Shown piece by piece: positions 15,460-25,479 of a stretch of DNA of 32,000 nt (positions within the stretch are counted from its first letter, which is position 1; each line of letters starts with the position of its first letter). Source of the DNA: Halomicrobium mukohataei DSM 12286 (lineage in GTDB: Archaea > Halobacteriota > Halobacteria > Halobacteriales > Haloarculaceae). The DNA is taken from contig NC_013202.1 in assembly GCF_000023965.1 (NCBI RefSeq), positions 1,500,001 to 1,532,000 of the forward strand, given 5' to 3'. A program made the position numbers and the translations under genes. The notes beneath the pieces were generated by a model that did not search any database, was not told where the DNA came from, and worked only from the letters and a program-made list of their open reading frames with translations.

Positions 15460-16323
15460 GTGGTATCAACCACCACTCGTTCTTTCGACACAGAGTGTGT
15501 CACAGATCAGTATGAATGTCGTCACGCGTCGTATCGATCCGCCACAGGCCGGTCCAGGAGTGTGGTGCTGACGGTGCTCGGGACGCTCCTCAGGGGTGTC
15601 CTGCGACGGGCGCTCTTGCGTCGGATGGTACGACCGGTCTTCGGGTTCGTGGCCGTCGTCGCGGCGGGCGTCGTGGGCTTCAGGGCGCTCGCTGGCGTCG
15701 GCGTCGTCGACGCACTGTTCTGGCTCCTCGATCCGACCAGTATCGAGTTGCACTTCCAGTCCCACGACGGCCCGGTCCGACTGGTCAAAGTGTACGCCAT
15801 CGTCGTGCTCTCCGGACTCGTGGTGGCGGGACTGTGGATCGGCGAGACGCTGCTGTCGGCGACGTTCGGTGGCCAGATTCAGGAGGAACTTCGACAGATG
15901 CAAATCGAACAGACGATCGAGGAACTCGACGACCACGTCGTCGTCTGTGGCTACGGGACCTTCGGACAGACCGTCGCCGCGGGGTTGCAAGAGCGCGACC
16001 GCGACGTCGTCGTCGTCGAACAGGCAGACGAACAGTTCGAGCGAGCGATCGACGACGGGCACCTCGCAGTCAGCGGCGACGCCCGACAGGACGAGACGCT
16101 GACCGACGCTGGCGTCGAACGGTCCCGGACCGTGATCGGCGCTATCGACGACACGAGCGCGAACGTCCAGATCGCCATCGCCGCGAGTCAGCTCGCGCCC
16201 ACCGTCGAGCTGGTGGTTCGGGCCGGCAGCCGGATGGACGAAGCGCTGGCCCGTCGTGCGGGTGCCGACGAGGTGATCGTGCCGGAAGTCGTCAGCGGCG
16301 AGCAGGTGACGGCGAGGCTGTGA
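15460..16323 (+). CDS. Membrane protein with a TrkA-N (RCK, NAD-binding) domain
   Basis: Two hydrophobic segments precede the Rossmann motif HVVVCGYGTFGQ and a TrkA-N-like domain. The start is uncertain: GTG 15460 in the track, with in-frame GTG and ATG candidates downstream such as MVRPVFGF. Confidence 0.75.
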   Translation: MVSTTTRSFDTECVTDQYECRHASYRSATGRSRSVVLTVLGTLLRGVLRRALLRRMVRPVFGFVAVVAAGVVGFRALAGVGVVDALFWLLDPTSIELHFQSHDGPVRLVKVYAIVVLSGLVVAGLWIGETLLSATFGGQIQEELRQMQIEQTIEELDDHVVVCGYGTFGQTVAAGLQERDRDVVVVEQADEQFERAIDDGHLAVSGDARQDETLTDAGVERSRTVIGAIDDTSANVQIAIAASQLAPTVELVVRAGSRMDEALARRAGADEVIVPEVVSGEQVTARL

Positions 16324-16390
16324 CCGATCGGGACGCGGCGGTCCGACCGAACAACGGGGGTTTTTCAGCCTACCCGCCCTCCGCCCGAGT

Positions 16391-16930
<540 letters not shown>

Positions 16931-16949
16931 TACGGAACGTTGTAGTTGC

Positions 16950-16990
16950 GTACCGGTGAGCGTCTACCCCGTGACAACGCTCACCGGTAC
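16950..16990 (+). terminator. Perfect 14-bp inverted repeat 20 nt downstream of the PPIase stop
   Basis: GTACCGGTGAGCGT-(13 nt)-ACGCTCACCGGTAC. A terminator or 3'-end structure is inferred from position. No adjacent T-tract is present. Confidence 0.35.
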
Positions 16991-17196
16991 ATTCCGACAA
17001 CCGTCCGTATGAGACGAACCGTACGACGCGTCCCGCGAGACCGTCGACGGCGACCCGGGAAACGGCAACTGTTCGTCCCACGTCGTTCGGCAACACGGGA
17101 CTGAACGGCGCTAGCGGGTCGCTGTCGTCGGACGCTCGCGTCTATTAACAACGGCTGTAGTATCGTATCCGTGGCTTGAAGTAGGAGGAATCGAGA

Positions 17197-18381
17197 GTGT
17201 TGCCCATGCTCGGGGACAAACGCGGCTATCAGTTGCTGTATTTCGTCTTCTTCGCTTCCTCGAACGGTTTCGTCGTCTTCCGGAACGCCTACTTCGAGGA
17301 ACTCGGACTGACCGGGGGGCAGATGGGGCTGTTGGGTGCGCTGCTCGTCGTCGGCGGGATGATCGCCCAGCCGATCTGGGGCGGCGTGGCCGATCGCTTC
17401 GCCGCCTCCAAACCGGTCCTGTTGATCGCGGCCGGGGTGTCGAGCGTGGCCGTTCTCGCCTTCCCGCTGGCCGGGCGCGTCCCCGATCCCTTCCTCTTGC
17501 TCGTGCTGGCGACGGCGCTGCTCTCGACGGTGCGGTCACCGATCGTTCCGATCACCAACGCGATGATCCTCTCCCGTGGCGTCGACTACGGACAGGTCCG
17601 GGCCTTCGGCTCGATCGCGTTCGGACTGGGGAGCCTCGTCATCGGGTGGCTGCTCTCGCGGTTCGCGACGGAGATCGTCTTCTACATCTACGCGGTCGGG
17701 ATGGTCGTGCTGATCCTGATCGTCCGCAGCGTGCCCGACGCCGACGCCGACCTGACGCCGGATCTCCGACGGGAGGCCGTCAAGCTCCTGCGCAACCGAC
17801 GGTTCCTGCTCTTGCTCGGCGTCGCGGTGCTGCTGGGTGGGGCCAGTTCCTCGGGCAGCGCCTACTTCTCGGTGTACGTTCGGGCGATCGGTGCGCCGGA
17901 CAGCCTCACGGGGACGGCGTGGATGGTCAAGACCGTCGGCGAGGCCGTCATCTTCCTCTCGATGGCCAAGATCGGGCTCGCCAACCGCACGCAGCTCTCG
18001 CTCGGTGCCGCCCTCTTTGCCGGCTGTTACCTCGTCTACGCCGCCGTGGGAACGGCGACGGCGATCATGGCGGTCCAGCTGGTGCTGGGCGTCGGGCTGG
18101 CGCTGTACAACCTCGCCGTCGTCGAGTTCGCCCACCGCTTCTCGCCCGACGAGCTGACCTCGACGGGACAGGCGGTGCTGTCGGCCTTCGGGATCGGGAC
18201 CGGGCGCGCGCTGGGACAACTGGGTGCCGGGAACGTGATGGACCTCGTGGGCGTCCAGTCGATGTACTTCGTGCTATCGGCGCTCGCGGCCGCCGCCCTC
18301 CTGTTGAGCCTGGGCTTTCACGGCCCGGCGTTGCGGCGGGTTGGCAACGCTGCCGGCGTCGGACGGTATAGTAACAATTGA
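17197..18381 (+). CDS. MFS transporter
   Basis: 394 aa with about 12 hydrophobic segments. The MFS loop motif reads GGVADRFAASKP. GTG 17197 is preceded by GGAGGA at 17184-17189; ATG 17206 is an alternative start. The final codons YSNN* are encoded by MITE copy B. Confidence 0.85.
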   Translation: MLPMLGDKRGYQLLYFVFFASSNGFVVFRNAYFEELGLTGGQMGLLGALLVVGGMIAQPIWGGVADRFAASKPVLLIAAGVSSVAVLAFPLAGRVPDPFLLLVLATALLSTVRSPIVPITNAMILSRGVDYGQVRAFGSIAFGLGSLVIGWLLSRFATEIVFYIYAVGMVVLILIVRSVPDADADLTPDLRREAVKLLRNRRFLLLLGVAVLLGGASSSGSAYFSVYVRAIGAPDSLTGTAWMVKTVGEAVIFLSMAKIGLANRTQLSLGAALFAGCYLVYAAVGTATAIMAVQLVLGVGLALYNLAVVEFAHRFSPDELTSTGQAVLSAFGIGTGRALGQLGAGNVMDLVGVQSMYFVLSALAAAALLLSLGFHGPALRRVGNAAGVGRYSNN

Positions 18382-18450
18382 AACGATTGACACACCGATC
18401 GCACTGCCGTCGTGCGATCGGGTGTGCATTGATTTTCAATGGCTACTATA
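18367..18450 (-). mobile_element. 84-bp self-complementary MITE-like element, copy B (inverted relative to copy A)
   Basis: The reverse complement is TATAGTAGCCATTGAAAATCAATGCACACCCGATCGCACGACGGCAGTGCGATCGGTGTGTCAATCGTTTCAATTGTTACTATA. By hand alignment it differs from copy A by 4 substitutions and a 1-nt deletion. Confidence 0.8.
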
Positions 18451-18501
18451 GCCTCCTGCGGGAAGAGTCGGGCTTAACTGTCCAGCCCGCGTTCGTCCGA
18501 T

Positions 18502-18843
18502 ATGGCAGACGAAGACGCTCCGGTCGACCCGAGCCAGATGGGTGGGACCGACGCGCCGCCGGTCGAGGACAAACCCTACAAGATCATCTTCGAGGCCAAC
18601 AAGTGCATCGGCGCGGGCAAGTGCGCCGAGGTCTCGCACAACTGGGACCTGAACCTCGACACCGGGATCGCCGCACCGAAGATGTACTTCGTCGGCGAGG
18701 ACGAGGTCGACGACGAGATCCGTGCCGCCGAGGTGTGTCCGGCCAAGAAAGACGTGGGCGTCATCCACGTGGTCGACCGCCGGACCGACGAGGAGATCGC
18801 TCCCGACCCCGAGGGCGACGGGACGCTGTCGGTCGACTGGTGA
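18502..18843 (+). CDS. Ferredoxin-like protein (divergent single Fe-S cluster type)
   Basis: The CIGAGKC...(55 aa)...CP arrangement resembles mono-cluster ferredoxin domains. The N-terminus is acidic. ATG start at 18502. Confidence 0.65.
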   Translation: MADEDAPVDPSQMGGTDAPPVEDKPYKIIFEANKCIGAGKCAEVSHNWDLNLDTGIAAPKMYFVGEDEVDDEIRAAEVCPAKKDVGVIHVVDRRTDEEIAPDPEGDGTLSVDW

Positions 18844-20169
18844 TCACCGACCGCTCCCGTCCTCCCGGTGTCGGTGGCACTCGGCGACGTGACGACCGCT
18901 CCCGTACTCGGCCGGCACCTCGTAGCGTGGCCGTTCTCGGGCACAGATGCTGGGGTCCGTAAACGACTCCGTCAGGAGGGCGGCGGCTTCGTCCCAGCGA
19001 TCGTCGACGAGCAGATCGATCGCGCGTGAGACGATCCGGCCGGCCTCACCGTCGGGAAGCCGCGGGCCGAAAAACTCCGCGCGGATGGCGTTCGCCCCGG
19101 CCAGCTCGAAGCTGTGGCGCGTGACCGAGCGAGTGAACTGTCGCACCTGCGCCCACTCCTCGTCGGTCAGTTCGAACGCCGACGGTGCGATCAGCTCCGG
19201 ACAGCGCGTCCGGAAGCGACAGCCACTCGGCGGTTCGATCGGGCTGGGTACGTCGCCTTCGAGGACGCCCCTGGTCCCTTCGACGCGGGGGTCGGGCACG
19301 GGAATCGACTCCAGCAGCGCCCGCGTGTAGGGGTGCTGTGGGTTCTCGAACAGCTCCTCTTTCTCGGCGAGTTCCACCAGTTGTCCGAGGTACATCACCG
19401 CGACCCGATCGGAGATGTGGCGGATGACGCTCAGGTCGTGCGCGATAAAGAGGTAGGTGAGGCCGAACTCCGCCTGAAGCTCGCGCATCGTGTTGAGCAC
19501 CTGGGCCTGGATGGACACGTCGAGCGCCGAGACGGGCTCGTCACAGACGACGAAGTCCGGATTGACCGACAGCGCCCGTGCGAGGTTGATGCGCTGGCGC
19601 TGGCCGCCCGAGAACGCGTGTGGGTACCGGTTGTAGTGCTGTGGATCGAGACCGACCTTCGACAGGAGTTCGCGGGCGCGGGCCTCTCGCCCGGACTCGT
19701 CGTACATCCCGTGGGCGCGCATCGGCTCCTCGACGATCTTGCCCACCTTCATGCGCGGGTCCAGCGACGACTGTGGGTCCTGAAAGATCATCTGAATGTC
19801 GCGGCGGTTCCGCCGGAGCGTCTCCCCGTCCATGGCGGCGAGGTCCTCGCCCCGGAAGTACACCGAGCCGTCGGTCGGTTCGATCAACTGGAGGATCGTC
19901 CGCGCGAGCGTGCTCTTCCCACAGCCCGATTCGCCGACCAGCCCGAGCGTCTCGCCCTCGTAGATCTCGAAGGACACGTCCTCGACGGCCCGGACCCACT
20001 CTCGACCGAGGTCGACCAGCCCGTCGCCGTCGCCCGGTCGCAGCTGCAACCACGAGAGGAACCCCTCGTCGTTGGGGAAGTGCTTGGTCAGCCCTTCGAC
20101 GCGCAAGAGGGGATCGTCGCGGGACGCGACGGTCGGCTCCGTCGCGGTCTGGCGCTCGGTGTCACTCAT
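18844..20169 (-). CDS. ABC transporter ATP-binding protein, Opp/Dpp F-type, with a long C-terminal extension
   Basis: Walker A GESGCGKST, signature FSGGQRQR, Walker B VVCDEPVSALD and the oligopeptide C-terminal motif GCRFRTRCP are present. I use ATG 20169 (MSDTERQ); the track start at 20178 is GTG. Confidence 0.9.
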   Translation of the reverse strand: MSDTERQTATEPTVASRDDPLLRVEGLTKHFPNDEGFLSWLQLRPGDGDGLVDLGREWVRAVEDVSFEIYEGETLGLVGESGCGKSTLARTILQLIEPTDGSVYFRGEDLAAMDGETLRRNRRDIQMIFQDPQSSLDPRMKVGKIVEEPMRAHGMYDESGREARARELLSKVGLDPQHYNRYPHAFSGGQRQRINLARALSVNPDFVVCDEPVSALDVSIQAQVLNTMRELQAEFGLTYLFIAHDLSVIRHISDRVAVMYLGQLVELAEKEELFENPQHPYTRALLESIPVPDPRVEGTRGVLEGDVPSPIEPPSGCRFRTRCPELIAPSAFELTDEEWAQVRQFTRSVTRHSFELAGANAIRAEFFGPRLPDGEAGRIVSRAIDLLVDDRWDEAAALLTESFTDPSICARERPRYEVPAEYGSGRHVAECHRHREDGSGR

Positions 20170-21322
20170 CGCTCTCACCTCGGAGTCGGCCCCCGTCGCC
20201 GGTCAGCGTCACGTCGACGCCGCTGCGCGTCTCGTTGTCGAGCGGCGGACTCGTCTCGTAGCCGACGCCGTCGAACACGTCGTGTTTGAGACAGGCCGAC
20301 CGGTGGGGGTGGGCACCGTCTACCAGCACGCGGCAGTCGGGATCGACCTGCGTACACGCCTCGCGAGCCTCGGGACAGCGCGTGTGGAACCGGCAGCCAC
20401 TGGGCGGATCGATCGCTTCGGGCATGACCCCCGCGATGGGGTCCAGTTCCTCGACGGTCCGATCCGGTCGGGGGATCGAGCGCAGGAGCGCCTCGGTGTA
20501 GGGGTGTCTCGTGTCGTAAAACAGTTCGTCGACGCCGGCCTGCTCGACGATCTCCCCGAGGTACAGCACGTTCACGCGGTCGCAGATCTCCGCGACAACG
20601 CCCATGTCGTGGGTGACCCAGACGAACGCGGTTCCGTACCTCTCCTGGAGGTCGGCGACCAGGTCGAGGATCTGTCCCTCCACGGTCACGTCCAGCGCGG
20701 TCGTGGGCTCGTCGGCGACGATCAGCGACGGCTCGCAGGCCAGCGCCATCGCGATCAGCACCCGCTGGCGCATCCCGCCCGAGAACTGGTGTGGATAGTC
20801 GTCGTACCGGGCCCCAGCTTCGGGAATGCCGACCTCGCGGAGCATCTCGATGGCCTCGTCTCTGGCGGCCCGCTTGCCCAGATCGCGGTTCACCTCGATG
20901 AACTCCCGGAGCTGGCCACCGACGGTGTAGACGGGATTGAGCGACTCCATGGGGTCCTGGAAGATGATCGCGATCTCCCGGCCCCGAATGCGGGTGCGCA
21001 TCTCTCGCCGGGACAGCGAGTCGTCGGTCTCGACGGGTCGCCCGTCTTCGTCGAGCACGGGGTTGCCGTCGCGGTCGGTCTCGATCTCGAACAGGGTCTC
21101 GCCGTCGAACTCGACGCGTCCGCCGACGATCCGGCCCGGCTCCTCGATCAGCCGGAGTAGCGACGCCGACGCGACGCTCTTGCCGGCTCCGGACTCGCCG
21201 ACCAGACCGACGATCTCGCCGGCCTCGACGGTGAAACTGATGCCGTCGACCGCCTGAACGACGCCGTCCTCGGTGAAAAAGTGGGTCTGCAGGTTCTCGA
21301 CGCGGAGCAGTGGGTGTGACAT
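20162..21322 (-). CDS. ABC transporter ATP-binding protein, Opp/Dpp D-type
   Basis: I trimmed the ORF to ATG 21322 (MSHPLLRVENLQTHF). Walker A GESGAGKS, signature FSGGMRQR, Walker B IVADEPTTALD and GCRFHTRCP are present. Confidence 0.9.
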   Translation of the reverse strand: MSHPLLRVENLQTHFFTEDGVVQAVDGISFTVEAGEIVGLVGESGAGKSVASASLLRLIEEPGRIVGGRVEFDGETLFEIETDRDGNPVLDEDGRPVETDDSLSRREMRTRIRGREIAIIFQDPMESLNPVYTVGGQLREFIEVNRDLGKRAARDEAIEMLREVGIPEAGARYDDYPHQFSGGMRQRVLIAMALACEPSLIVADEPTTALDVTVEGQILDLVADLQERYGTAFVWVTHDMGVVAEICDRVNVLYLGEIVEQAGVDELFYDTRHPYTEALLRSIPRPDRTVEELDPIAGVMPEAIDPPSGCRFHTRCPEAREACTQVDPDCRVLVDGAHPHRSACLKHDVFDGVGYETSPPLDNETRSGVDVTLTGDGGRLRGESDE

Positions 21323-21324
21323 GG

Positions 21325-22365
21325 TTAGTTGTTGAAGCGCGGATCGAGGGCGTCTCGGAGCCCGTCGCCGAAGATGTTGAACCCGACCACCGTGACGAGG
21401 ATCGCCAGGCCCGGCCAGACGCTGAACCACGGGTTCGGGATCATGTAGTTGCGCGAGACCGCCAACATCTGTCCCCACGAGGGAGTGGGCGGCTGGACGC
21501 CGAACCCGAGAAAGGAGAGCCCGGCGACGATCAGGATCGCGGTGCCGACCTGCAGCGTCGCCTGGACCAGCACCGGCGTGAAGCTGTTCGGGATGACGTG
21601 CCTGAAGATGATGTCGCGGTCCCGGACGCCCGCGGCCTGCGCCGCCTCGATGTAATCCTCCTCGCGAATGCTGACGACGCGCGAGCGGATCAGCCGGGCG
21701 AACGTGGGGATCGACGCGATGCCGACGCCGAAGACGATGAAGGTCAGCGAGCGGCCGAAGACGGCGATGAAGGCCAGCACCAGCACGAGGAAGGGGATCG
21801 CGAACAGCGTCTCGGCGGCCCGCATCAGCACGTCGTCGACCCAGTCCCCGTAGTAGCCAGAGACCGCACCGACGACGGTGCCGCTGGCGAAGCCGACGAC
21901 CGTCGCGCTCAGCCCGACCGTGACCGCGATCCGCGAGCCGTAGACGAGCCGCAACAGGATGTCACGCCCCCGGTCGTCGGTGCCCAGCGGATGGGCCCAC
22001 GAGCCGGCCCCGAACTGATTCTCGAAGCCGACCGGCGGGAGCAGCCGCGGGGTCGCAGCCGACTCGCTCACCGGACTCACCCACACCGTCTTGGCGATCC
22101 AGTACTTCTCGACGCCGAACTGTGCGAACAGGCGATAGCCCGCGAGGAACTCGAACAGTACGGAGTCGATCGTCGCGAACGTGGCCATCGCGGTGACGGC
22201 GGCGATGATCGCCAGACCGGTCATCGCCGTCGGATCGCTCCGGATCTGGGAGAACGTGTACCGCCATCCCACGCGGGCTTCGATCTCCGCGGGCTCCTCG
22301 CCGGGCTCTTCGACGGCGTCCCGTGCAGTCGGGCTGTCGGATTCGTCGATCGTCGCCATCGTCAC
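21325..22365 (-). CDS. ABC transporter permease (Opp/Dpp C-type)
   Basis: Multi-TM protein with the binding-protein-dependent permease EAA-like loop IEAAQAAGVRDRDIIFRHVIPN. GTG 22365 would overlap the upstream stop as GTGA; ATG 22359 is an alternative start. Confidence 0.9.
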   Translation of the reverse strand: MTMATIDESDSPTARDAVEEPGEEPAEIEARVGWRYTFSQIRSDPTAMTGLAIIAAVTAMATFATIDSVLFEFLAGYRLFAQFGVEKYWIAKTVWVSPVSESAATPRLLPPVGFENQFGAGSWAHPLGTDDRGRDILLRLVYGSRIAVTVGLSATVVGFASGTVVGAVSGYYGDWVDDVLMRAAETLFAIPFLVLVLAFIAVFGRSLTFIVFGVGIASIPTFARLIRSRVVSIREEDYIEAAQAAGVRDRDIIFRHVIPNSFTPVLVQATLQVGTAILIVAGLSFLGFGVQPPTPSWGQMLAVSRNYMIPNPWFSVWPGLAILVTVVGFNIFGDGLRDALDPRFNN

Positions 22366-23360
22366 TCGGCCTCCCCGTAGGAAACGCGTGGATCGACGTA
22401 CGCGTACGAGAGGTCAGTCACGACGACGCCGACGACGAACACGAACGCGAACACGATGGTCGTTCCCATGATGAGTGGATAGTCCTGGCGCGCGATCGAG
22501 TCGACGATGAGTCGCCCCATCCCGTTGATTTCGAAGACGACCTCGGTCAACACCGCGCCGCCGATGGCGCTCGACAGCTGGAGGCCGATGATCGTGATCA
22601 CCGGGAGCTGTGCGTTCCGGAAGGCGTGTTTCCGGAGGATCGTCCGCTCGGAGATGCCGTAGGCTCGCGCGAGCGTGACGTACTCCTCGGTGAGCACGTC
22701 GAGCATCTCGGAGCGTTCGATGCGGGTGATCGCGGCCATCTGGAGCGTTCCGAGCGTGATCATCGGCAAGAGGAGGTGCTGGCCGGCCATCGCGAGCACG
22801 TCGAGACGCGTCTCCGCGCCCCGGATCCCGGCGGGATCGGCCCACGGCATGACGAGGTTCGTCGTCGGGAGCAGGTTCGTGTGGAACCCGAACACCAGGA
22901 TCAGCATGAGCCCGATCCAGAACGAGGGGGTCGACACGCCGATCAGCGAGACGATCCGGGAGACGTGATCGGTGAGCCTGTTGCGCCGCTTGGCCGAGAT
23001 CACACCGAGCGGGACCGCCGTCAGGATCGCGAACGCGTAACTGGACAGCATCAACAGGACCGTCGCCGGCAGCCGCTCGCCGATCTTCCTGGTGACGGCC
23101 ACGTCGTAGTAGATGCTCGTCCCGAGATCGCCAGCCAGCAGGGCGGCGACGTAGTTCGCGTATCGCACCCACAGCGGCTGGTCGAGCCCGTACCGAGCCC
23201 GGATCGCCGCGATCTCGCTCTGGCTCGGTGACGGGCCCAGCATGATCTGGACCGGGTCACCGGGGATCGCGTTGGCCAGCGCGAACGTGATCGTCACGAC
23301 GCCGAGCAGGACCGGGATCGCCTGCAACAGTCGCCGTACGGTGTAGCGAACGAGCCCCAT
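22362..23360 (-). CDS. ABC transporter permease (Opp/Dpp B-type)
   Basis: The N-terminus RYTVRRLLQAIPVLLGVVTITF and the loop YVTLARAYGISERTILRKHAFRNA are typical of DppB/OppB permeases. Confidence 0.9.
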   Translation of the reverse strand: MGLVRYTVRRLLQAIPVLLGVVTITFALANAIPGDPVQIMLGPSPSQSEIAAIRARYGLDQPLWVRYANYVAALLAGDLGTSIYYDVAVTRKIGERLPATVLLMLSSYAFAILTAVPLGVISAKRRNRLTDHVSRIVSLIGVSTPSFWIGLMLILVFGFHTNLLPTTNLVMPWADPAGIRGAETRLDVLAMAGQHLLLPMITLGTLQMAAITRIERSEMLDVLTEEYVTLARAYGISERTILRKHAFRNAQLPVITIIGLQLSSAIGGAVLTEVVFEINGMGRLIVDSIARQDYPLIMGTTIVFAFVFVVGVVVTDLSYAYVDPRVSYGEAE

Positions 23361-23367
23361 TCCTCGA

Positions 23368-25053
23368 TCACTGGACGGAGACGTTGTTGTACGCCGAGAC
23401 GATGCTGAACTGGTCGACGGGGTGGGCCCGGAAGTCCGAGACGTGACTCCGGACCCCGAAGCTGTTCTTGATGTTGTACGCCGGGAGGTGGACCCGGTCT
23501 TCGAGCACCGTCTGGATGGCGTCGACGTACCACTCGCGGCGCTGTTCGTCGTCGTTGGACTGACGGGCGTTCATGATCTGTTCGTTCATCGACTCGTTGC
23601 GGTAGTAGGTGCCGTTGTTCGTGCCGATCTGGTCGTGGGCGAACAGGAAGTACATGAACGTGTCCGGATCGGGCGAACCGGCCCAGCCAAGCGTGAACAT
23701 GTTGTAGTCGTCGGCGCTGCCGGTGACGTACTGTTCGAGGAAGGCACCCCAGTCGAGGCGCTGGACCGTCGCGTCGTAGCCGGCCTCGCTGAGCCCGTTC
23801 GAGACGGAGACCCCGATCTGTTCGCGCTTGTCGTCCGGCGGGACGATGATCCGGGGCTGCCAGTCGTCCGGGACGCTGTCGTTGTCGTCGAGCAGCGACT
23901 TGGCCCGATCCAGATCCGGCTCGTGGGGGATCTGCTGCCACTCCTCGACGGGGAACTCCCAGTCTTCGGAGATCGCTCTGGGAACCGGCGCGTACTGTCG
24001 CTCGCCGGTCGGTTCGACGTACTGGCCGACCGCGTCGTCCATCGAGAAGGCGTAGTCGATCGCCTCCCGCACCTCGGGGTCGGCGGTGGGTCCCTCGTTG
24101 CAGTTGAAGGCGAGATAGAAGTAGCTCGTTCCCAGAACCGACTCGATGCTGGCCTCGCCCATGTTCTCGACAGTCTCCCAGTTTGCCGGTGGAATGTTCT
24201 TTACCACGTCGTTCTCACCGGTTCGCAGCGTCGTGATCCGGGTCGTCGGCTCTTCGACCGGGACGAATTCGATCTCGGCGAGGTTCGGGAGTGGCTCTCC
24301 CCAGTAGTCGTCCCAGCGGCTGAGCCGGACGTACTCGCCCTCCTGCCAGTCGTCGAACGTGAACGGGCCGGCTCCGACGGGGCTTGACGTGTTGTAGGCG
24401 TCTCTGTCCGATTCGCGGACGGACTTGTCGACGATTTCCCACGGGAGATACGAGTCGAATGCCCCGAACTGGAACTGCAGGTCGAACTGGACGGTCGACT
24501 CGTCGACGACTTCGACGCTATCGATCATGTTGAACTCCCCGGCGTTCTCCGTCTCTTCTTCGACCGGTGCCCGGAAGGAGTAAGCGACGTCTTCGGCCGT
24601 GACCGGGTCGCCGTTCTGGAAAGTGGCGTCGGTCCGTATCGGAACGATCCACCGCTGGGCTCCGCGCTCTACCTCCGGCATGTCGGCGGCGATCTGCGGA
24701 ACGAGATTGGTGCCCTCGTCGTACGTGTACAGCGAGTCGAAGACGAGCATCGCGACCTCGGCCGACGGAACGTCGTTCAGGACGACGGGATCGAACTCCA
24801 CGGGCGATTTCGCCTGTGCGAACGTGATCGAGCCGTCGGTCGTGGCCTCTGTGTCGTCGGTGTCCGTCGCCGTGTCCTCGCTGTCGGCCGTCGTCTCCTC
24901 CGGTTGCTGTGCGCCGCCGTCGCCGCCATCGTCCTCACCGCCGTCGCCCTGACAGCCCGCCAGAGCGACCGCGAGAGCACTGCCGGCGACGCCGCGGACG
25001 TACTGTCGCCGTGAGAGCCATGCGATCCGTCCCGTGTGCCGTGTGTCTTTCAT
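23368..25053 (-). CDS. ABC transporter substrate-binding protein, family 5 (peptide/nickel type), Tat-lipoprotein
   Basis: The twin-arginine-like SRRQYV is followed by the lipobox LAGC and an acidic Thr/Asp-rich linker. The family-5 SBP body follows. It is the first gene of the five-gene operon. Confidence 0.9.
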   Translation of the reverse strand: MKDTRHTGRIAWLSRRQYVRGVAGSALAVALAGCQGDGGEDDGGDGGAQQPEETTADSEDTATDTDDTEATTDGSITFAQAKSPVEFDPVVLNDVPSAEVAMLVFDSLYTYDEGTNLVPQIAADMPEVERGAQRWIVPIRTDATFQNGDPVTAEDVAYSFRAPVEEETENAGEFNMIDSVEVVDESTVQFDLQFQFGAFDSYLPWEIVDKSVRESDRDAYNTSSPVGAGPFTFDDWQEGEYVRLSRWDDYWGEPLPNLAEIEFVPVEEPTTRITTLRTGENDVVKNIPPANWETVENMGEASIESVLGTSYFYLAFNCNEGPTADPEVREAIDYAFSMDDAVGQYVEPTGERQYAPVPRAISEDWEFPVEEWQQIPHEPDLDRAKSLLDDNDSVPDDWQPRIIVPPDDKREQIGVSVSNGLSEAGYDATVQRLDWGAFLEQYVTGSADDYNMFTLGWAGSPDPDTFMYFLFAHDQIGTNNGTYYRNESMNEQIMNARQSNDDEQRREWYVDAIQTVLEDRVHLPAYNIKNSFGVRSHVSDFRAHPVDQFSIVSAYNNVSVQ

Positions 25054-25320
25054 GGAAATTCACCAAGGATTCGCTCGGGAAGTTCTCTCGATACCGGTAT
25101 AATCGGTTTTGATTGTTCACGATTATCGCGCCGATCCGCCGAATCAGCAGTTATCTTACGACGATGTTACCAGATTTTAACACGGACGTACCTAGAGCTA
25201 GCAGCTAATTACTCGTCGACAGGAGTCGAATAACCGGGCTGTCGACGCCTCTCGACCGCCGACGGTCGCGGCCCAGAGACCGAAAGCCCCAACCCATCGG
25301 CCGTCGGTAGTCCAGAACGC

Positions 25321-25405
25321 GCGAGGGTAGCCGAGCCTGGCCAAAGGCGGTGGGCTTAAGACCCGCTCCCGTAGGGGTCCGTGGGTTCGAATCCCATCCC
25401 TCGCA
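25321..25405 (+). tRNA. tRNA-Leu (anticodon UAA)
   Basis: Sequence: GCGAGGGTAGCCGAGCCTGGCCAAAGGCGGTGGGCTTAAGACCCGCTCCCGTAGGGGTCCGTGGGTTCGAATCCCATCCCTCGCA. Features: acceptor GCGAGGG/CCCTCGC, anticodon loop CTTAAGA, a long variable arm, and T arm GTGGG-TTCGAAT-CCCAT. Confidence 0.95.
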
Positions 25406-25479
25406 TTCTCCCGGATCGGTACGCTCCGAGAGCGACTGTTGGGGAGCCGACAGCGGCGGCTCGGTCACGGTGGTTCGCT

